A DNA stretch of 64,000 nt from Clostridiales bacterium (GTDB taxonomy: Bacteria > Bacillota > Clostridia > Lachnospirales > Anaerotignaceae), in assembly GCA_019423725.1 (NCBI GenBank), contig JAHZAW010000040.1, forward strand, positions 1,569 through 65,568, read 5' to 3'. The translations under genes were made by a program, and so were the position numbers. Under the pieces are notes generated by a model that did no database searches, was not told the origin of the DNA, and saw only the letters and a program-made list of their open reading frames with translations. Of the stretch, positions 30,883 through 41,184 are shown one piece after another (position 1 is the first letter of the stretch; each line of letters begins with the position of its first letter).

Positions 30883-31380
30883 TTACATAACGATTCCAAG
30901 CAGTCCATAGCTGAATATGGATATTATAACACCGGCCATTATTACTCCGACTACAATGACACCGAATGACTTTTTGACATCCATATTAAGAAGGGCCGCT
31001 ATGAGTGAGCCTGTCCAGGCACCCGTTCCGGGAAGAGGTATCCCAACAAATAAAAGAAGTCCCCAATAGGCATATTTCTGTATTTTATCGCTCTTGCTTA
31101 TGGCCTTGCTCTCAAGTTTTTCTACCATTCCCCTGAGCCTTGTTTTTTTCATAAGCTTGAAAATATACTTGATAAAAACAAGTATAAAGGGTATAGGAAT
31201 GATATTTCCTATAAAAGCAATCAAAAACGACGGCACAAGATCAAGTCCCAGCAGGAATCCCGCGATGATACCGCCTCTTAATTCAAGTATCGGAAAAAGC
31301 GATACTATAAAAACAATCGCTTCCGGGCTGAATGTACCTCCAAGGTTCTGTACAAACCAGCCCGCTATCTGTTCTGACAT
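30883..31380 (-). CDS. Small multidrug export-type membrane protein (COG2426)
   Basis: PILELRGGI, FVGIPLPGTGAWTG. Confidence 0.85.
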   Translation of the reverse strand: MSEQIAGWFVQNLGGTFSPEAIVFIVSLFPILELRGGIIAGFLLGLDLVPSFLIAFIGNIIPIPFILVFIKYIFKLMKKTRLRGMVEKLESKAISKSDKIQKYAYWGLLLFVGIPLPGTGAWTGSLIAALLNMDVKKSFGVIVVGVIMAGVIISIFSYGLLGIVM

Positions 31381-31395
31381 TACTCAGCCTCCAAA

Positions 31396-32331
31396 TCAAA
31401 TATTTTTTTCAAACCAGTTATAAAGAATGCTGTATACCTTCTGTTTTTTGACATCATTGAGAAGTTCATGTCTTGCCCCATGAAGAAGTTTTATCTCAAC
31501 GGCGGTACATCCTGCTTTTAACATCATATTATATACTTTTCTGACACCTTTTCCATAGTTTCCGACGGGGTCCTCTGATCCTGATATGAGAAGCATCGGA
31601 AGGTCAGGCGGAAGGGATTTAGCCCATTTTGATGTATTCACATCTTTTATCAGAAGGAAAAGATCTCTGTATCCCTCATTTGTGAATAAAAATCCACAGT
31701 TATCATCGTTGATATATTTATCCACGGCACTTTTATCCGTTGAGAGCCAGTCAAAATTAGTCTCCGCATCCTTTATCCTTTTGTTGAATGAGCCAAAGGC
31801 TATTTTATTTAAAAGCTCACCCTTTTCTCCCGGTTTCTTCTTTGCCAAATATTTTGAAAGAAGTATACCTCCCGGAAGTTTTGGATCAGCATATCCGCTT
31901 CCCATAAATACAGCGCCATTAAAATTATTTCCATAATCGGCCATATATTCCCTTGCCAGAAATGAACCCATGCTGTGGCCAAGCATAAAATAAGGAATAT
32001 CAGGAAATTCCAGCCTCATAACTCCCTCAAGATAATTCATATCATCAATGAGATACTGCCAGCTGTTATCCCTCTTTCCAAAGTATCCCCTTTCTTTGCC
32101 GCTTTCCACAGAAAGGCCATGGCCGGCATGGTCATTGCCTACGACCACATAGCCCCTCCTTGCAAGATAAACAGCAAAATCCTCATATCTGAGTATGTAC
32201 TCCGCCATGCCGTGCACCAGCTGTACGACAGCTCTGTAATGTTTGCAGTCGGCGTCCCTCCATACGCAGCCAAATATATCATGACCTCCGTTGGATGCGG
32301 GAAAATTAAGTTCATATCTAGTTATATCCAT
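31396..32331 (-). CDS. Alpha/beta hydrolase (lysophospholipase-like)
   Basis: HGMAE, GHSMGS, GSEDPV, RHELLN. Confidence 0.9.
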   Translation of the reverse strand: MDITRYELNFPASNGGHDIFGCVWRDADCKHYRAVVQLVHGMAEYILRYEDFAVYLARRGYVVVGNDHAGHGLSVESGKERGYFGKRDNSWQYLIDDMNYLEGVMRLEFPDIPYFMLGHSMGSFLAREYMADYGNNFNGAVFMGSGYADPKLPGGILLSKYLAKKKPGEKGELLNKIAFGSFNKRIKDAETNFDWLSTDKSAVDKYINDDNCGFLFTNEGYRDLFLLIKDVNTSKWAKSLPPDLPMLLISGSEDPVGNYGKGVRKVYNMMLKAGCTAVEIKLLHGARHELLNDVKKQKVYSILYNWFEKNI

Positions 32332-32335
32332 CTTG

Positions 32336-32914
32336 TCACTCTCCGTCTATATTTCCCTTAAGGCCAATGGCTTCAGCACATTCTCTCATGCCCTCGATGG
32401 TCTCCTTTATGACGTCATCAAGGCTGAGTCCGAGCATCTGACAGCCATTTTCGATAACTTCCCTGTTGACTCCAGCCGCAAAGCTGTGTGTCTTGAATTT
32501 TTTCTTAACACTCTTTACTTCGATATCCAGAACGCTCTTTGACGGCCTCATAAGACAGGCAGCTGTTATAAGCCCTGTAAGCTCATCGATGGTATATAAT
32601 ACCTTCTCCATCCTTTCCACCGGCTCCACATCTGAACATAATCCCCATCCATGGGAACATACAGCGTGTATATAATCCTCATCTATTCCCTTCTGGCGCA
32701 TTATCTCAGCGGATTTTGTACAGTGTTCATCGGGGTACATCTCATAATCAAGGTCATGTATAAGACCTATTATTCCCCATTTTTCAATATCTTCACCATA
32801 TAAAGCCGCAAAATGCCTCATAACTCCCTCAACGGTAAGGCCATGCTTTATAAGCGCCTCCGATTTGTTGTACTCAGTAAAAAGTTCCCATGCCTGTTCT
32901 CTTGTAAGTCTCAT
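32336..32914 (-). CDS. HDIG-domain hydrolase
   Basis: KH.L.VE.VM, GLIHDLDYE, DELTGLI, FAAGVNR. Confidence 0.85.
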   Translation of the reverse strand: MRLTREQAWELFTEYNKSEALIKHGLTVEGVMRHFAALYGEDIEKWGIIGLIHDLDYEMYPDEHCTKSAEIMRQKGIDEDYIHAVCSHGWGLCSDVEPVERMEKVLYTIDELTGLITAACLMRPSKSVLDIEVKSVKKKFKTHSFAAGVNREVIENGCQMLGLSLDDVIKETIEGMRECAEAIGLKGNIDGE

Positions 32915-32940
32915 TATTATGCCTCCGTAAAAATTTATGT

Positions 32941-33579
32941 TTATTTAAGTCCCAGAATCCTCAGGGCATTATTCATGTCATAGACCGTTGCCGCATCCTT
33001 TGGACTTATCATATTGTCATCATCAGCCGTAAGTATACCTTCACTTACTGCCCATCTCATGCTGTCCTGCGCCCATCCGCTTATATCCTCAGCATCTGAA
33101 AAATTAAGAAGAAGATTAGGCACCTTACCATCGGCGAATCTGAAAAGCATGGCTGCCAGCTGTTCCCTTGTGGCAATATCAGCCTTGCCATACTCATCTT
33201 CTCCATAGCCATACATTATTTCATTATAATATGACCATATGGCCGCGGGTCCTTCCTCGGAATCAAAATATGCCACGCCAACACTGCCGCTTACGGCAAC
33301 TTCAGGCCTGCCGGCTATATCATACAGTTCCTGCATGAGCATATCTCTAGTCAAGGTCTGGCTTTTCTCCTTCTCCTCCACACTTTCCTTTATGCCCGTG
33401 ATATTTTCAAGCTCATAGGTCCTTGACACGGGCACAGAGGCATCATTATCTCCAATTTCGTCTGTCACTCCATCGGGCATTTCCACCCCTTCTGAGACTT
33501 TCTGAGTATCCTGGGCAAATACCGGAACGGTGTTTAAGGCTAAAGCCGCGATCATAACAGAACATAACATTTTTTTCAT
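32941..33579 (-). CDS. Small secreted SLH-domain protein
   Basis: Signal peptide; ATREQLAAML, FSDAEDISGWA..WAV..GI. Confidence 0.8.
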   Translation of the reverse strand: MKKMLCSVMIAALALNTVPVFAQDTQKVSEGVEMPDGVTDEIGDNDASVPVSRTYELENITGIKESVEEKEKSQTLTRDMLMQELYDIAGRPEVAVSGSVGVAYFDSEEGPAAIWSYYNEIMYGYGEDEYGKADIATREQLAAMLFRFADGKVPNLLLNFSDAEDISGWAQDSMRWAVSEGILTADDDNMISPKDAATVYDMNNALRILGLK

Positions 33580-33669
33580 AATAATACCCCCTTTTATAGT
33601 GTAAGTTTATCTACATTATAAAGCAAAGGGGGTATTTTGTCATTATTTAAGTTATTATGTTCAACTTTT

Positions 33670-35148
33670 TTAAAGAATTATACATATCAGTCCGCCGCTG
33701 CCCTCATTGAGTATTTTCTGCAGGGATTCCTGAAGCTTCATCTGTGCGTCTTCAGGAATGGTATATATCTTCTTATTCCTTCCCTCATTTACAAGGGTAT
33801 CCAGCGTCCTTCCAAAAAGATTCAGCTCCCATATCTTATTTTTATCCGTCCTGTATGTATTGAGTATATCTTCGATAAACTCCTTGCTCTGTTCCTCTGT
33901 GCCAACTATTGGAGCCACTTCTGTCTCGATATCGGTCTTTATCATATTTATGGCCTCACCTTTGGCTTTTATCCTTATGCCGTATCTTGAACCGTGTTTG
34001 AACACCTCCGGCTCCTCAAGGGTTATATCCTCAAACACCGGACCTACTATGCCGTATCCCTTTCTTTTTACATCAGCCAGCGCCGGGCTTATTTTTCCGT
34101 ATTCATTTTTGATCTCTGAAAGCTCCTTCATTATACTTATGAGCTCATAGTCACCCTTTATATCCATTCCTATGGTCTCACTGAGCACATTATAAAAAAG
34201 ACTGTCATTCATGGCCACATCTATATCAGCACTGCCGTTTCCAGCGGATATGTCTCCGATATAGGCCTTCCTTACATACTCATTTTCCTCAAGCTCGGAT
34301 ACACAGTCCTGTATCTCCCTGAGTTTTGCTGTTTTTTCCGTAAGGGACAAAAGGGTGGATATTATGGAACTCTTGAGCCAGTGTCCGTTTTCCAGCCCTT
34401 CCAGCCATCTGGGGATATTTATATTTATCTCATTTACAGGGAATTCATATAAAAGGCTCTCCATAAGCTCATTTATATCCTCATCCTTAAGTCTGGCACA
34501 GTCGGCGGTCTTTACTGGTATCTGATACTTTTCCTCCAGTTCCGCTCTGAGGGCGTCTGTCTCAGGACTGTAGGGATTTGCACTGTTGAGCACCATGATA
34601 AATGGCTTTCCTGATTTTTTAAGGGTGTCAACTATGTCTTCCTCGGCCTCCACATAGTTTTCCCTTGGTATATCAGTTATGCTTCCATCGGTTGTCATGG
34701 CTATGGCTATGGTGGAATGGTCATTTATAACCTTATTTGTTCCTGTGAGTGCAGCGGCGGCCAGTGGCATGGGTTTATCGGACCAGGGAGTACTGACCAT
34801 TCTCGGCTCGTCTTCCTCAAGTATCCCCTCAGCTCCATCAACTATGTACCCCACGCAGTCTATGAGCCTCATCTTAAATCTGAGATTATCCCCTGCCTTT
34901 ATCTCAGCCGGCCTGGAAGGCACAAATTTAGGCTCCGTGGTCGTTATCATCTTTCCTGCCCCTATGAGGGGAAGTTCGTCCGTCGCTCTCTCCTTTTCAA
35001 ATTCGTCCGTCATATTTGGCAAAACAGCTTTTTCCATAAATCTTCTGATAAATGTTGATTTTCCTGTCCTGCAGGGACCCGTTATGCCAATATATATGGC
35101 CCCTCCCGTTCTTTCGGAAATATCCTGATATATATTCGTATTTGTCAT
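33670..35148 (-). CDS. spoIVA: Stage IV sporulation protein A
   Basis: 492 aa; IYQDISERTGG, GPCRTGKSTFI, TTEPKFVP, C-terminal NEGSGGLICIIL. Confidence 0.96.
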   Translation of the reverse strand: MTNTNIYQDISERTGGAIYIGITGPCRTGKSTFIRRFMEKAVLPNMTDEFEKERATDELPLIGAGKMITTTEPKFVPSRPAEIKAGDNLRFKMRLIDCVGYIVDGAEGILEEDEPRMVSTPWSDKPMPLAAAALTGTNKVINDHSTIAIAMTTDGSITDIPRENYVEAEEDIVDTLKKSGKPFIMVLNSANPYSPETDALRAELEEKYQIPVKTADCARLKDEDINELMESLLYEFPVNEININIPRWLEGLENGHWLKSSIISTLLSLTEKTAKLREIQDCVSELEENEYVRKAYIGDISAGNGSADIDVAMNDSLFYNVLSETIGMDIKGDYELISIMKELSEIKNEYGKISPALADVKRKGYGIVGPVFEDITLEEPEVFKHGSRYGIRIKAKGEAINMIKTDIETEVAPIVGTEEQSKEFIEDILNTYRTDKNKIWELNLFGRTLDTLVNEGRNKKIYTIPEDAQMKLQESLQKILNEGSGGLICIIL

Positions 35149-35176
35149 ATTCTCCTCCGATTTTCCTTTTGTAAAA

Positions 35177-35202
35177 ATCTATGAGGCTTCTCCTTTTATT
35201 AT
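35177..35202 (-). promoter_or_regulatory. Candidate sigma-E promoter of spoIVA
   Basis: ATA-N16-CATAGAT on minus strand; spoIVA is classically sigma-E dependent. Confidence 0.45.
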
Positions 35203-35315
35203 TACTATAACCGTTAATTAAGCCCTCTGTCATACACAGGTTTGTGTGAAATTCATGTTGCAAAAGGATGGCAACTTATATAATATTGTAACTATCAAAA
35301 TAACGGAGGTATATT

Positions 35316-35786
35316 ATGTCAATAGATAAAGTCAGAGAATATATGAAACAGTTTTCCAGAGAAAATGATATTATGGAATTTTCCGTATCCAGCGCAACTG
35401 TAGCCCTGGCAGCTGAGGCTCTCCATGTCATCCCCGCCAGGATCACACAGACCCTGGCCCTTAAAAATGGTGATGGATGCATGGTCATTGCTGTGGCAGG
35501 AGACGGCAAAATAGATAACCACAAATTCAAAAGCGAATTCGGTTTTAAGGCAAAGATGCTCTCTCCTGAGGAGACTCTGGAAATGACAGGACACGCCATC
35601 GGAGGTGTCTGTCCCTTTGCCCTTCCGGAAGGCGTAAAAACCTACTGTGACGTATCCCTTAAACGCTTTGATACCGTTTTTCCGGCCTGCGGAAGTTCTA
35701 ACTCAGCCATAGAAGTCACCTGCGATGAGCTTTTTGAATATTCAAAGGCGGAAAAATGGGTAGATATATGTAAGGACTGGGAATAA
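35316..35786 (+). CDS. YbaK/EbsC family tRNA-editing-like protein
   Basis: SATV.LAA, TGHAIGGVCPF, PACGSSNSA. Confidence 0.88.
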   Translation: MSIDKVREYMKQFSRENDIMEFSVSSATVALAAEALHVIPARITQTLALKNGDGCMVIAVAGDGKIDNHKFKSEFGFKAKMLSPEETLEMTGHAIGGVCPFALPEGVKTYCDVSLKRFDTVFPACGSSNSAIEVTCDELFEYSKAEKWVDICKDWE

Positions 35787-35797
35787 TATTTTTAATA

Positions 35798-36442
35798 TCA
35801 GCTTAGATCAGGTATATCAATATAGTTTGACGGAAGTTCTCCCTTTATTACCGTATCCGCCAGCATTATTTTCCTGTTCATGCTTATATTTTTGTCATAT
35901 AAAGGATTTACAAGGCTTATGGTAATATTTACTGTAAGCCATATTTTATAATTGGTCTGGTTTATGCCCGCTGAAGTGAATTCTGTCTCATAATCTACTT
36001 CGGCATCGCCTGCCGGCTTTATCTCAAATGTAAGGTCTGGGCCTGTATTTGCCAATATCCCTATTCCTGATGCCGCACCATAGGGCACTTTTATAGTATT
36101 GTTTTGCATATCGGAAATTTTTTCGGTTATACTGGAGCTTATTTCGGCACATATTAAGTTTATGGTTATGGTATCTGCTGTTATCATAGTAGTACCGTTT
36201 TCGGTTTTTAAGCTCAGTATATTTTTACCTCCTTCTGACCTCTTCATAAGTACTTCATCCACCGCTGAGTTTATTATCCGGTTTGCGCTCTCCTTCGCTT
36301 CGATAAGACATATATTGGCAGCCGAAGGCATTATATATTTTTCAGTGGCCGCTATGAACGCTCCCGCAGCCAATGATACAATAAATGTAAACAGCACCAC
36401 ATACTTTCTAAATTTCCGTCTGATAGGACATATCTCCTCCAC
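35798..36442 (-). CDS. yunB: Sporulation protein YunB
   Basis: N-terminal TM; VPYGA..G..GP, EFTSAGINQT, VIKGELP..Y. Confidence 0.85.
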   Translation of the reverse strand: MEEICPIRRKFRKYVVLFTFIVSLAAGAFIAATEKYIMPSAANICLIEAKESANRIINSAVDEVLMKRSEGGKNILSLKTENGTTMITADTITINLICAEISSSITEKISDMQNNTIKVPYGAASGIGILANTGPDLTFEIKPAGDAEVDYETEFTSAGINQTNYKIWLTVNITISLVNPLYDKNISMNRKIMLADTVIKGELPSNYIDIPDLS

Positions 36443-36565
36443 TTTTGATTAAAAAACAGGTAAAAAATAAATTTTGTAATATAATCTTAAAGAAAATACA
36501 CAATTATTTCCTTTATTCCGCCTGCCTTATCTGTTATAATATATTCTGAGTTAGGAGGCTTAAGT

Positions 36566-39493
36566 ATGGATTACTCGGAACATAACGGAAATAGACCAAA
36601 AATATTTAAATATACTGATGAAAACGGTAATGTTCATTATGTGGATGAGCATGGAAATCCTGTAAGACGAAAAAGGACAAGCTCCGGAGATTCAAATTCG
36701 TCAAGAAGATCTCCGCACTCCTCAGGCTCGTCCGGTTCGTCAGGTTCCTCTTCTTCGGCATCGAACCGCCGCAGACTGCCTGAGGACAGACATCGTTCTT
36801 CAACTCCTGCTGTTCACACCCGGTCTGCTTCCGATTCATATGCAAAGAAAAGAAAACCTAATAAAAAGAAAAAGAAGAAGCGTAAGGGACTGCGCATATT
36901 CCTTGCTGTACTGGCTGTTATAATACTTGCTGTTGTCGGCCTTTGCATAGGAGTATGGATCAGCATAGTAAAAGACGCTCCAAAACTGAATACTTCGGAT
37001 ATCGTTCCAAGCAACTATACTTCAATAATATACGATGACAACGGTGTCGAGATAGATAAGCTCCATGGTGAGGAAAACCGAGAATATGTTACCCTTGACC
37101 AGATACCTGAAGATCTGCAGCACGCTGTGGTCGCCATAGAAGATGAACGTTTCTATGAGCATAATGGTATAGATATACAGGGTATATTCAGGGCGCTCAT
37201 AATCGATATAAAAGAGAGGAACTTCTCCCAGGGAGCGAGTACCATCACCCAGCAGCTCATTAAAAACGAGATGCTCACCAGTGATAAGAAAATAACCAGA
37301 AAGATACAGGAACAGTATCTTGCCGTTAAATATGAGGATGAACTTGAAAAGACCCTTGGAAGCAAGAAGGCTGCCAAGGACTATATCCTCGAGCTGTATC
37401 TGAACACCATCGGCCTTAATCATGGTCTAAACGGTGTTGGAGCCGCGGCTGAATATTATTTCGGAAAGGAAGTTAGTGAGCTCGACCTTGCAGAATGTGC
37501 CTGCATAGCCGGTATAACAAAGAATCCTTCCAAATATTCGCCCATAAGCAATCCCGAGGCAAATAAGGAAAGGCAGACCCTTGTTCTTGACAAGATGCTT
37601 GAGCTTGGATACATCACCCAGGAAGAACATGATTCCGCCCTTGCTGAAGACATATATTCCAACCTTGTTGGAAAACAGACCACAGATGAGGACACTGTAG
37701 CTCTCCACAACTATTTTGTTGACCACCTCATAGTTACTCTGGCTGAAGACCTTCAGGAAGAAAGAGGTATGACAAAACAGGAAGCATACAACCTTATTTA
37801 CAGCGGCGGACTTCAGATATATTCAACCATGAGTCAGGATGTCCAGAATACTCTGGAAAGCGCCTTTGCTGATGATTCACTGTTCCCGCCATCGGACACA
37901 ACATATGATGCTACCTACACGATATCAGTATTAAATACTGCCACCAACGAACAGGAACATCATTCCGAGTCTAAGACGGTATCAAACAGAGATGAAGCTG
38001 AAGCCTTTGCTGAGGAAGTCAAGGCAAAATATGTAGATGATACGCATAAGCTTGTCCTTGATAATCTGGCCGTATCAAACTCACTCCAGGCTGCCATGGT
38101 AGTAATGGACTACAAGACAGGAAACATAAAAGGTCTTGTGGGAGGAAGAGGAACTAAGAGCGGTGACCTGGTATTTAACAGAGCCACTCAGTCATACCGT
38201 CAGCCAGGTTCCTGCTTCAAGGTGCTTGCGGCATATGCTCCAGCCATTGACCAGGATCTGTATGCGGCAGGATCATTTATTAAAGATGAGGCCTACACCG
38301 TAGGCGACTGGACCCCTGGAAACTGGTGGGGCAGCAGCTATAGAGGATATGCCACAGTCAGAGAAGGTATTAGGGATTCAATGAATATCCTTGCTGCCAA
38401 GGTAATAGTTGATGCAGGAGTATATAACGCTTATAACTACCTGCTTAACTTTGGATTTGAAAACATAACAGAGGATGATATAAACGCCAATACAGCCCTT
38501 GGAGGACTTACAAACGGTGTTACCGTTCTGGAACTTACGGCTGCATACGGCGCCATAGCCAACGGCGGAGTATATATGGAGCCCACTCCTTATACAAAAG
38601 TTCTTGACCATGACGGAAATGTTCTTCTTGAATATGATTACGAAGGAAAACGAGTTATCAAAGAGACTACTGCATATCTTCTTACGGATATGATGGAAGA
38701 CGTAGTATCAGGCGGAGGAACCGGTGGTCTTGCGAGATTCCAGAAAAACAATATGCCTGTGGCAGGAAAAACAGGTACAACAACTGATGATAAGGACCTT
38801 ACCTTTGCCGGATATACACCATATTATGTAGCCGGTATATGGATGGGATATGATACTCCAAAGAAGATAAATTATGATAAGAGTTACCATCTTATCGTAT
38901 GGCGTACGGTAATGGATGAACTGCATAACAACCTGCCATATAAAGACTTTGAAAAGCCGGAAGGCATAATGACGGCAAGTTACTGTGCTATACAAAACGC
39001 AGCGCCAATCGATGGAGTATGTTCAGCGGATTATTATGGTGCCGGATATTACGGCAATATGGTTTCAACGGACTATTGTGTTGAGGCCACAGCTCCCAAG
39101 TCCCAGTGTACTGCCCATTCTATCTACAGGATATGTACTGAAAGCGGATGTCTTGCTGGTCCTAACTGCCCTGATGACGTTGTTGCAGAATATTCACTTG
39201 CTGTTGTAAACGGACAGATAGTCAACAGGCCAAGCAGAGAAGCCTGTGCTGAAAGCGGCAAGCTTTATATCGATATAAGCCATACATGCTCGCTTACTAC
39301 CCACGGAAGCTCATCACAGACAACGGTGCCTGATGATATGGTCATCGGCGGCGACGGTCTCAATGGCGGCAGCGGAAACGACAGCAGTACTTCAAACGGA
39401 CATTCAGGTGACACAAATACTTCATCTGAAAACAACAATAACAGCCATACAAATGACAGCGATGGTCAGGAATTTGTAATCGGTGCCAATTAA
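36566..39493 (+). CDS. Class A penicillin-binding protein (PBP1A)
   Basis: EDERFYEHNGID, GASTITQQL; QPGSCFK, SMN, KTGT. Confidence 0.93.
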   Translation: MDYSEHNGNRPKIFKYTDENGNVHYVDEHGNPVRRKRTSSGDSNSSRRSPHSSGSSGSSGSSSSASNRRRLPEDRHRSSTPAVHTRSASDSYAKKRKPNKKKKKKRKGLRIFLAVLAVIILAVVGLCIGVWISIVKDAPKLNTSDIVPSNYTSIIYDDNGVEIDKLHGEENREYVTLDQIPEDLQHAVVAIEDERFYEHNGIDIQGIFRALIIDIKERNFSQGASTITQQLIKNEMLTSDKKITRKIQEQYLAVKYEDELEKTLGSKKAAKDYILELYLNTIGLNHGLNGVGAAAEYYFGKEVSELDLAECACIAGITKNPSKYSPISNPEANKERQTLVLDKMLELGYITQEEHDSALAEDIYSNLVGKQTTDEDTVALHNYFVDHLIVTLAEDLQEERGMTKQEAYNLIYSGGLQIYSTMSQDVQNTLESAFADDSLFPPSDTTYDATYTISVLNTATNEQEHHSESKTVSNRDEAEAFAEEVKAKYVDDTHKLVLDNLAVSNSLQAAMVVMDYKTGNIKGLVGGRGTKSGDLVFNRATQSYRQPGSCFKVLAAYAPAIDQDLYAAGSFIKDEAYTVGDWTPGNWWGSSYRGYATVREGIRDSMNILAAKVIVDAGVYNAYNYLLNFGFENITEDDINANTALGGLTNGVTVLELTAAYGAIANGGVYMEPTPYTKVLDHDGNVLLEYDYEGKRVIKETTAYLLTDMMEDVVSGGGTGGLARFQKNNMPVAGKTGTTTDDKDLTFAGYTPYYVAGIWMGYDTPKKINYDKSYHLIVWRTVMDELHNNLPYKDFEKPEGIMTASYCAIQNAAPIDGVCSADYYGAGYYGNMVSTDYCVEATAPKSQCTAHSIYRICTESGCLAGPNCPDDVVAEYSLAVVNGQIVNRPSREACAESGKLYIDISHTCSLTTHGSSSQTTVPDDMVIGGDGLNGGSGNDSSTSNGHSGDTNTSSENNNNSHTNDSDGQEFVIGAN

Positions 39494-39527
39494 AGCACCT
39501 GGCTGGATCATTATTTATGATATGTAA

Positions 39528-39558
39528 CAAGAAACCGGCAAAAATGCCGGTTTCTTTT
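39528..39558 (+). terminator. Terminator of PBP1A gene
   Basis: AAGAAACCGGCA..TGCCGGTTTCTTTT. Confidence 0.75.
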
Positions 39559-39667
39559 CGTCTATACGGCTTTAAACTAAATAGCCGTGGATATTTAGCT
39601 TAAATATTTACTAAACGTTCTAAAATCCCTGTAACGGCTATAAAAGCCAGCTGATGATTTTAGGCAT

Positions 39668-39703
39668 AAAAATACCCGGGTTAATATACCCGGGTATTTT
39701 TTT
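39668..39703 (-). terminator. Terminator of DD-carboxypeptidase gene (bidirectional shape)
   Basis: AAAAATACCCGGGT..ACCCGGGTATTTTT. Confidence 0.75.
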
Positions 39704-39707
39704 ATGT

Positions 39708-41171
39708 TTATCTGTATTTATTATACTTGTCTCTTCTCTTGTCTCTTTTTCTTCTGTGCCTTCCGTTATTTATCCTGCTTGTATCGTATACATTATTTCT
39801 GTTATAGTAATTTCCTTTGAGTTTGTATCTCTGTTTTCTTTTATGTCTTGCCACAAGGATAAGGACTACAATAAGTATTACCACAAAAGCAATGGCTGTA
39901 TACTTAAGGTTTTCCTTAGCTATGGCTTTAGTAAAAAAAGTTTTCAGGTAAAAGAGCGAAGTATTAAAAATATTGGCTTTTTTGACCTCTGCGGCCGCGT
40001 AAGCATCAGCCTGGCCAATTACTTCACCATTAAGTGTAAATTTCAATACACCGACTTTAGCGCCCTTTTCCACCGGCGCCTGAAGCTTGTCTCCTCCGTT
40101 ATCATATACGATCTCTGTCTGGACCGAAGCCGCTTCATCAGCCGTCATATACTGTGACATGGGCTCGTTTATGGAAAGTTCCACTGTGTCGCCCTTAAGC
40201 CTGTTGTTTCCCGTAAGTTCAGCCGTAGCAGCTATGCCTTCCTGTCTGTATACTACCATATCATAGTTATTGAAACCCCATTCAAATAGATTAGTGGCAT
40301 CCTGCCATCTTCCCGGGTCTTCAGAATTCATGATTATGGCTACGAGGTTCTCTCCGTCTTTTGTAGCGGAGGCAGCCACACAGTCACCTGCCTGGTCAGT
40401 AAATCCAGTCTTTATTCCTGTAGCATACTCATAATAATTAGCTCCGCTTGTTATGAGCTCATTATGGCTGTACCAAGTATAATCTCTGGTATTACCATCA
40501 ACATTATATTTTTGTTTTCCAGCACTGTTTCCAGAAAACACCGTTTCCTTTGCTGCCTCTTTTATGGCATCATATTTCATGGCAGCAGCGGCTATAAGTG
40601 ACATATCATAGGCCGTTGTATAATGATTTTCGTCCTGGTAACCGTGGGCATTGACAAAATTTGATTCCGTACATCCAAGGGATCTGGCCTTTTCGTTCAT
40701 AAGCCCTGTAAAGTATTTTTCTGCCTCTTCAAAGGTTATGTCATTTCCAAGGTTTTTCTTTGCAACCGCCGATGCAGCCGCATTAGCTATATCATTTCCA
40801 GAAGGGATTATAAGTCCCCTTATGACGTTTTCAACAGTGAACACATCACCAACATATACGCCCGCCCTGCTGGAATCCAGAGGTATCTCGTTTATGGAGT
40901 AATCAATGGTTATGGTCTCATCTACTGATATATTATCAAGCACTACCATTGCCGTAAGCAGCTTTGTCATACTTGCAGGGTACATTTTTTCGTGGTCATT
41001 TTTCTCATATAATACCCTGCCTGTATCAGCATTTATAAGTATGGCGCTCTGTGCCGCCACCGTGGGAGGTGCGGAAGCTGTGGCCGTTTCAGTTTCGTCA
41101 GCAAATGCCGTAACTGAAAAAGCAGTAACAGCAGCAACAAGCAAAGCTATAAATCTCTTAAAGGATCTCAT
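39708..41171 (-). CDS. D-alanyl-D-alanine carboxypeptidase (S11)
   Basis: PASMTK, SGND, IKTGFT; C-terminal TM and basic tail. Confidence 0.92.
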   Translation of the reverse strand: MRSFKRFIALLVAAVTAFSVTAFADETETATASAPPTVAAQSAILINADTGRVLYEKNDHEKMYPASMTKLLTAMVVLDNISVDETITIDYSINEIPLDSSRAGVYVGDVFTVENVIRGLIIPSGNDIANAAASAVAKKNLGNDITFEEAEKYFTGLMNEKARSLGCTESNFVNAHGYQDENHYTTAYDMSLIAAAAMKYDAIKEAAKETVFSGNSAGKQKYNVDGNTRDYTWYSHNELITSGANYYEYATGIKTGFTDQAGDCVAASATKDGENLVAIIMNSEDPGRWQDATNLFEWGFNNYDMVVYRQEGIAATAELTGNNRLKGDTVELSINEPMSQYMTADEAASVQTEIVYDNGGDKLQAPVEKGAKVGVLKFTLNGEVIGQADAYAAAEVKKANIFNTSLFYLKTFFTKAIAKENLKYTAIAFVVILIVVLILVARHKRKQRYKLKGNYYNRNNVYDTSRINNGRHRRKRDKRRDKYNKYR

Positions 41172-41184
41172 TAAAACCACCCTC

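Noticed and set aside
39560..39650. Short inverted repeats (ACGGCT/AGCCGT) between convergent terminators
   Set aside because: Arms are short, there is no promoter or second copy, and they cannot be distinguished from chance.
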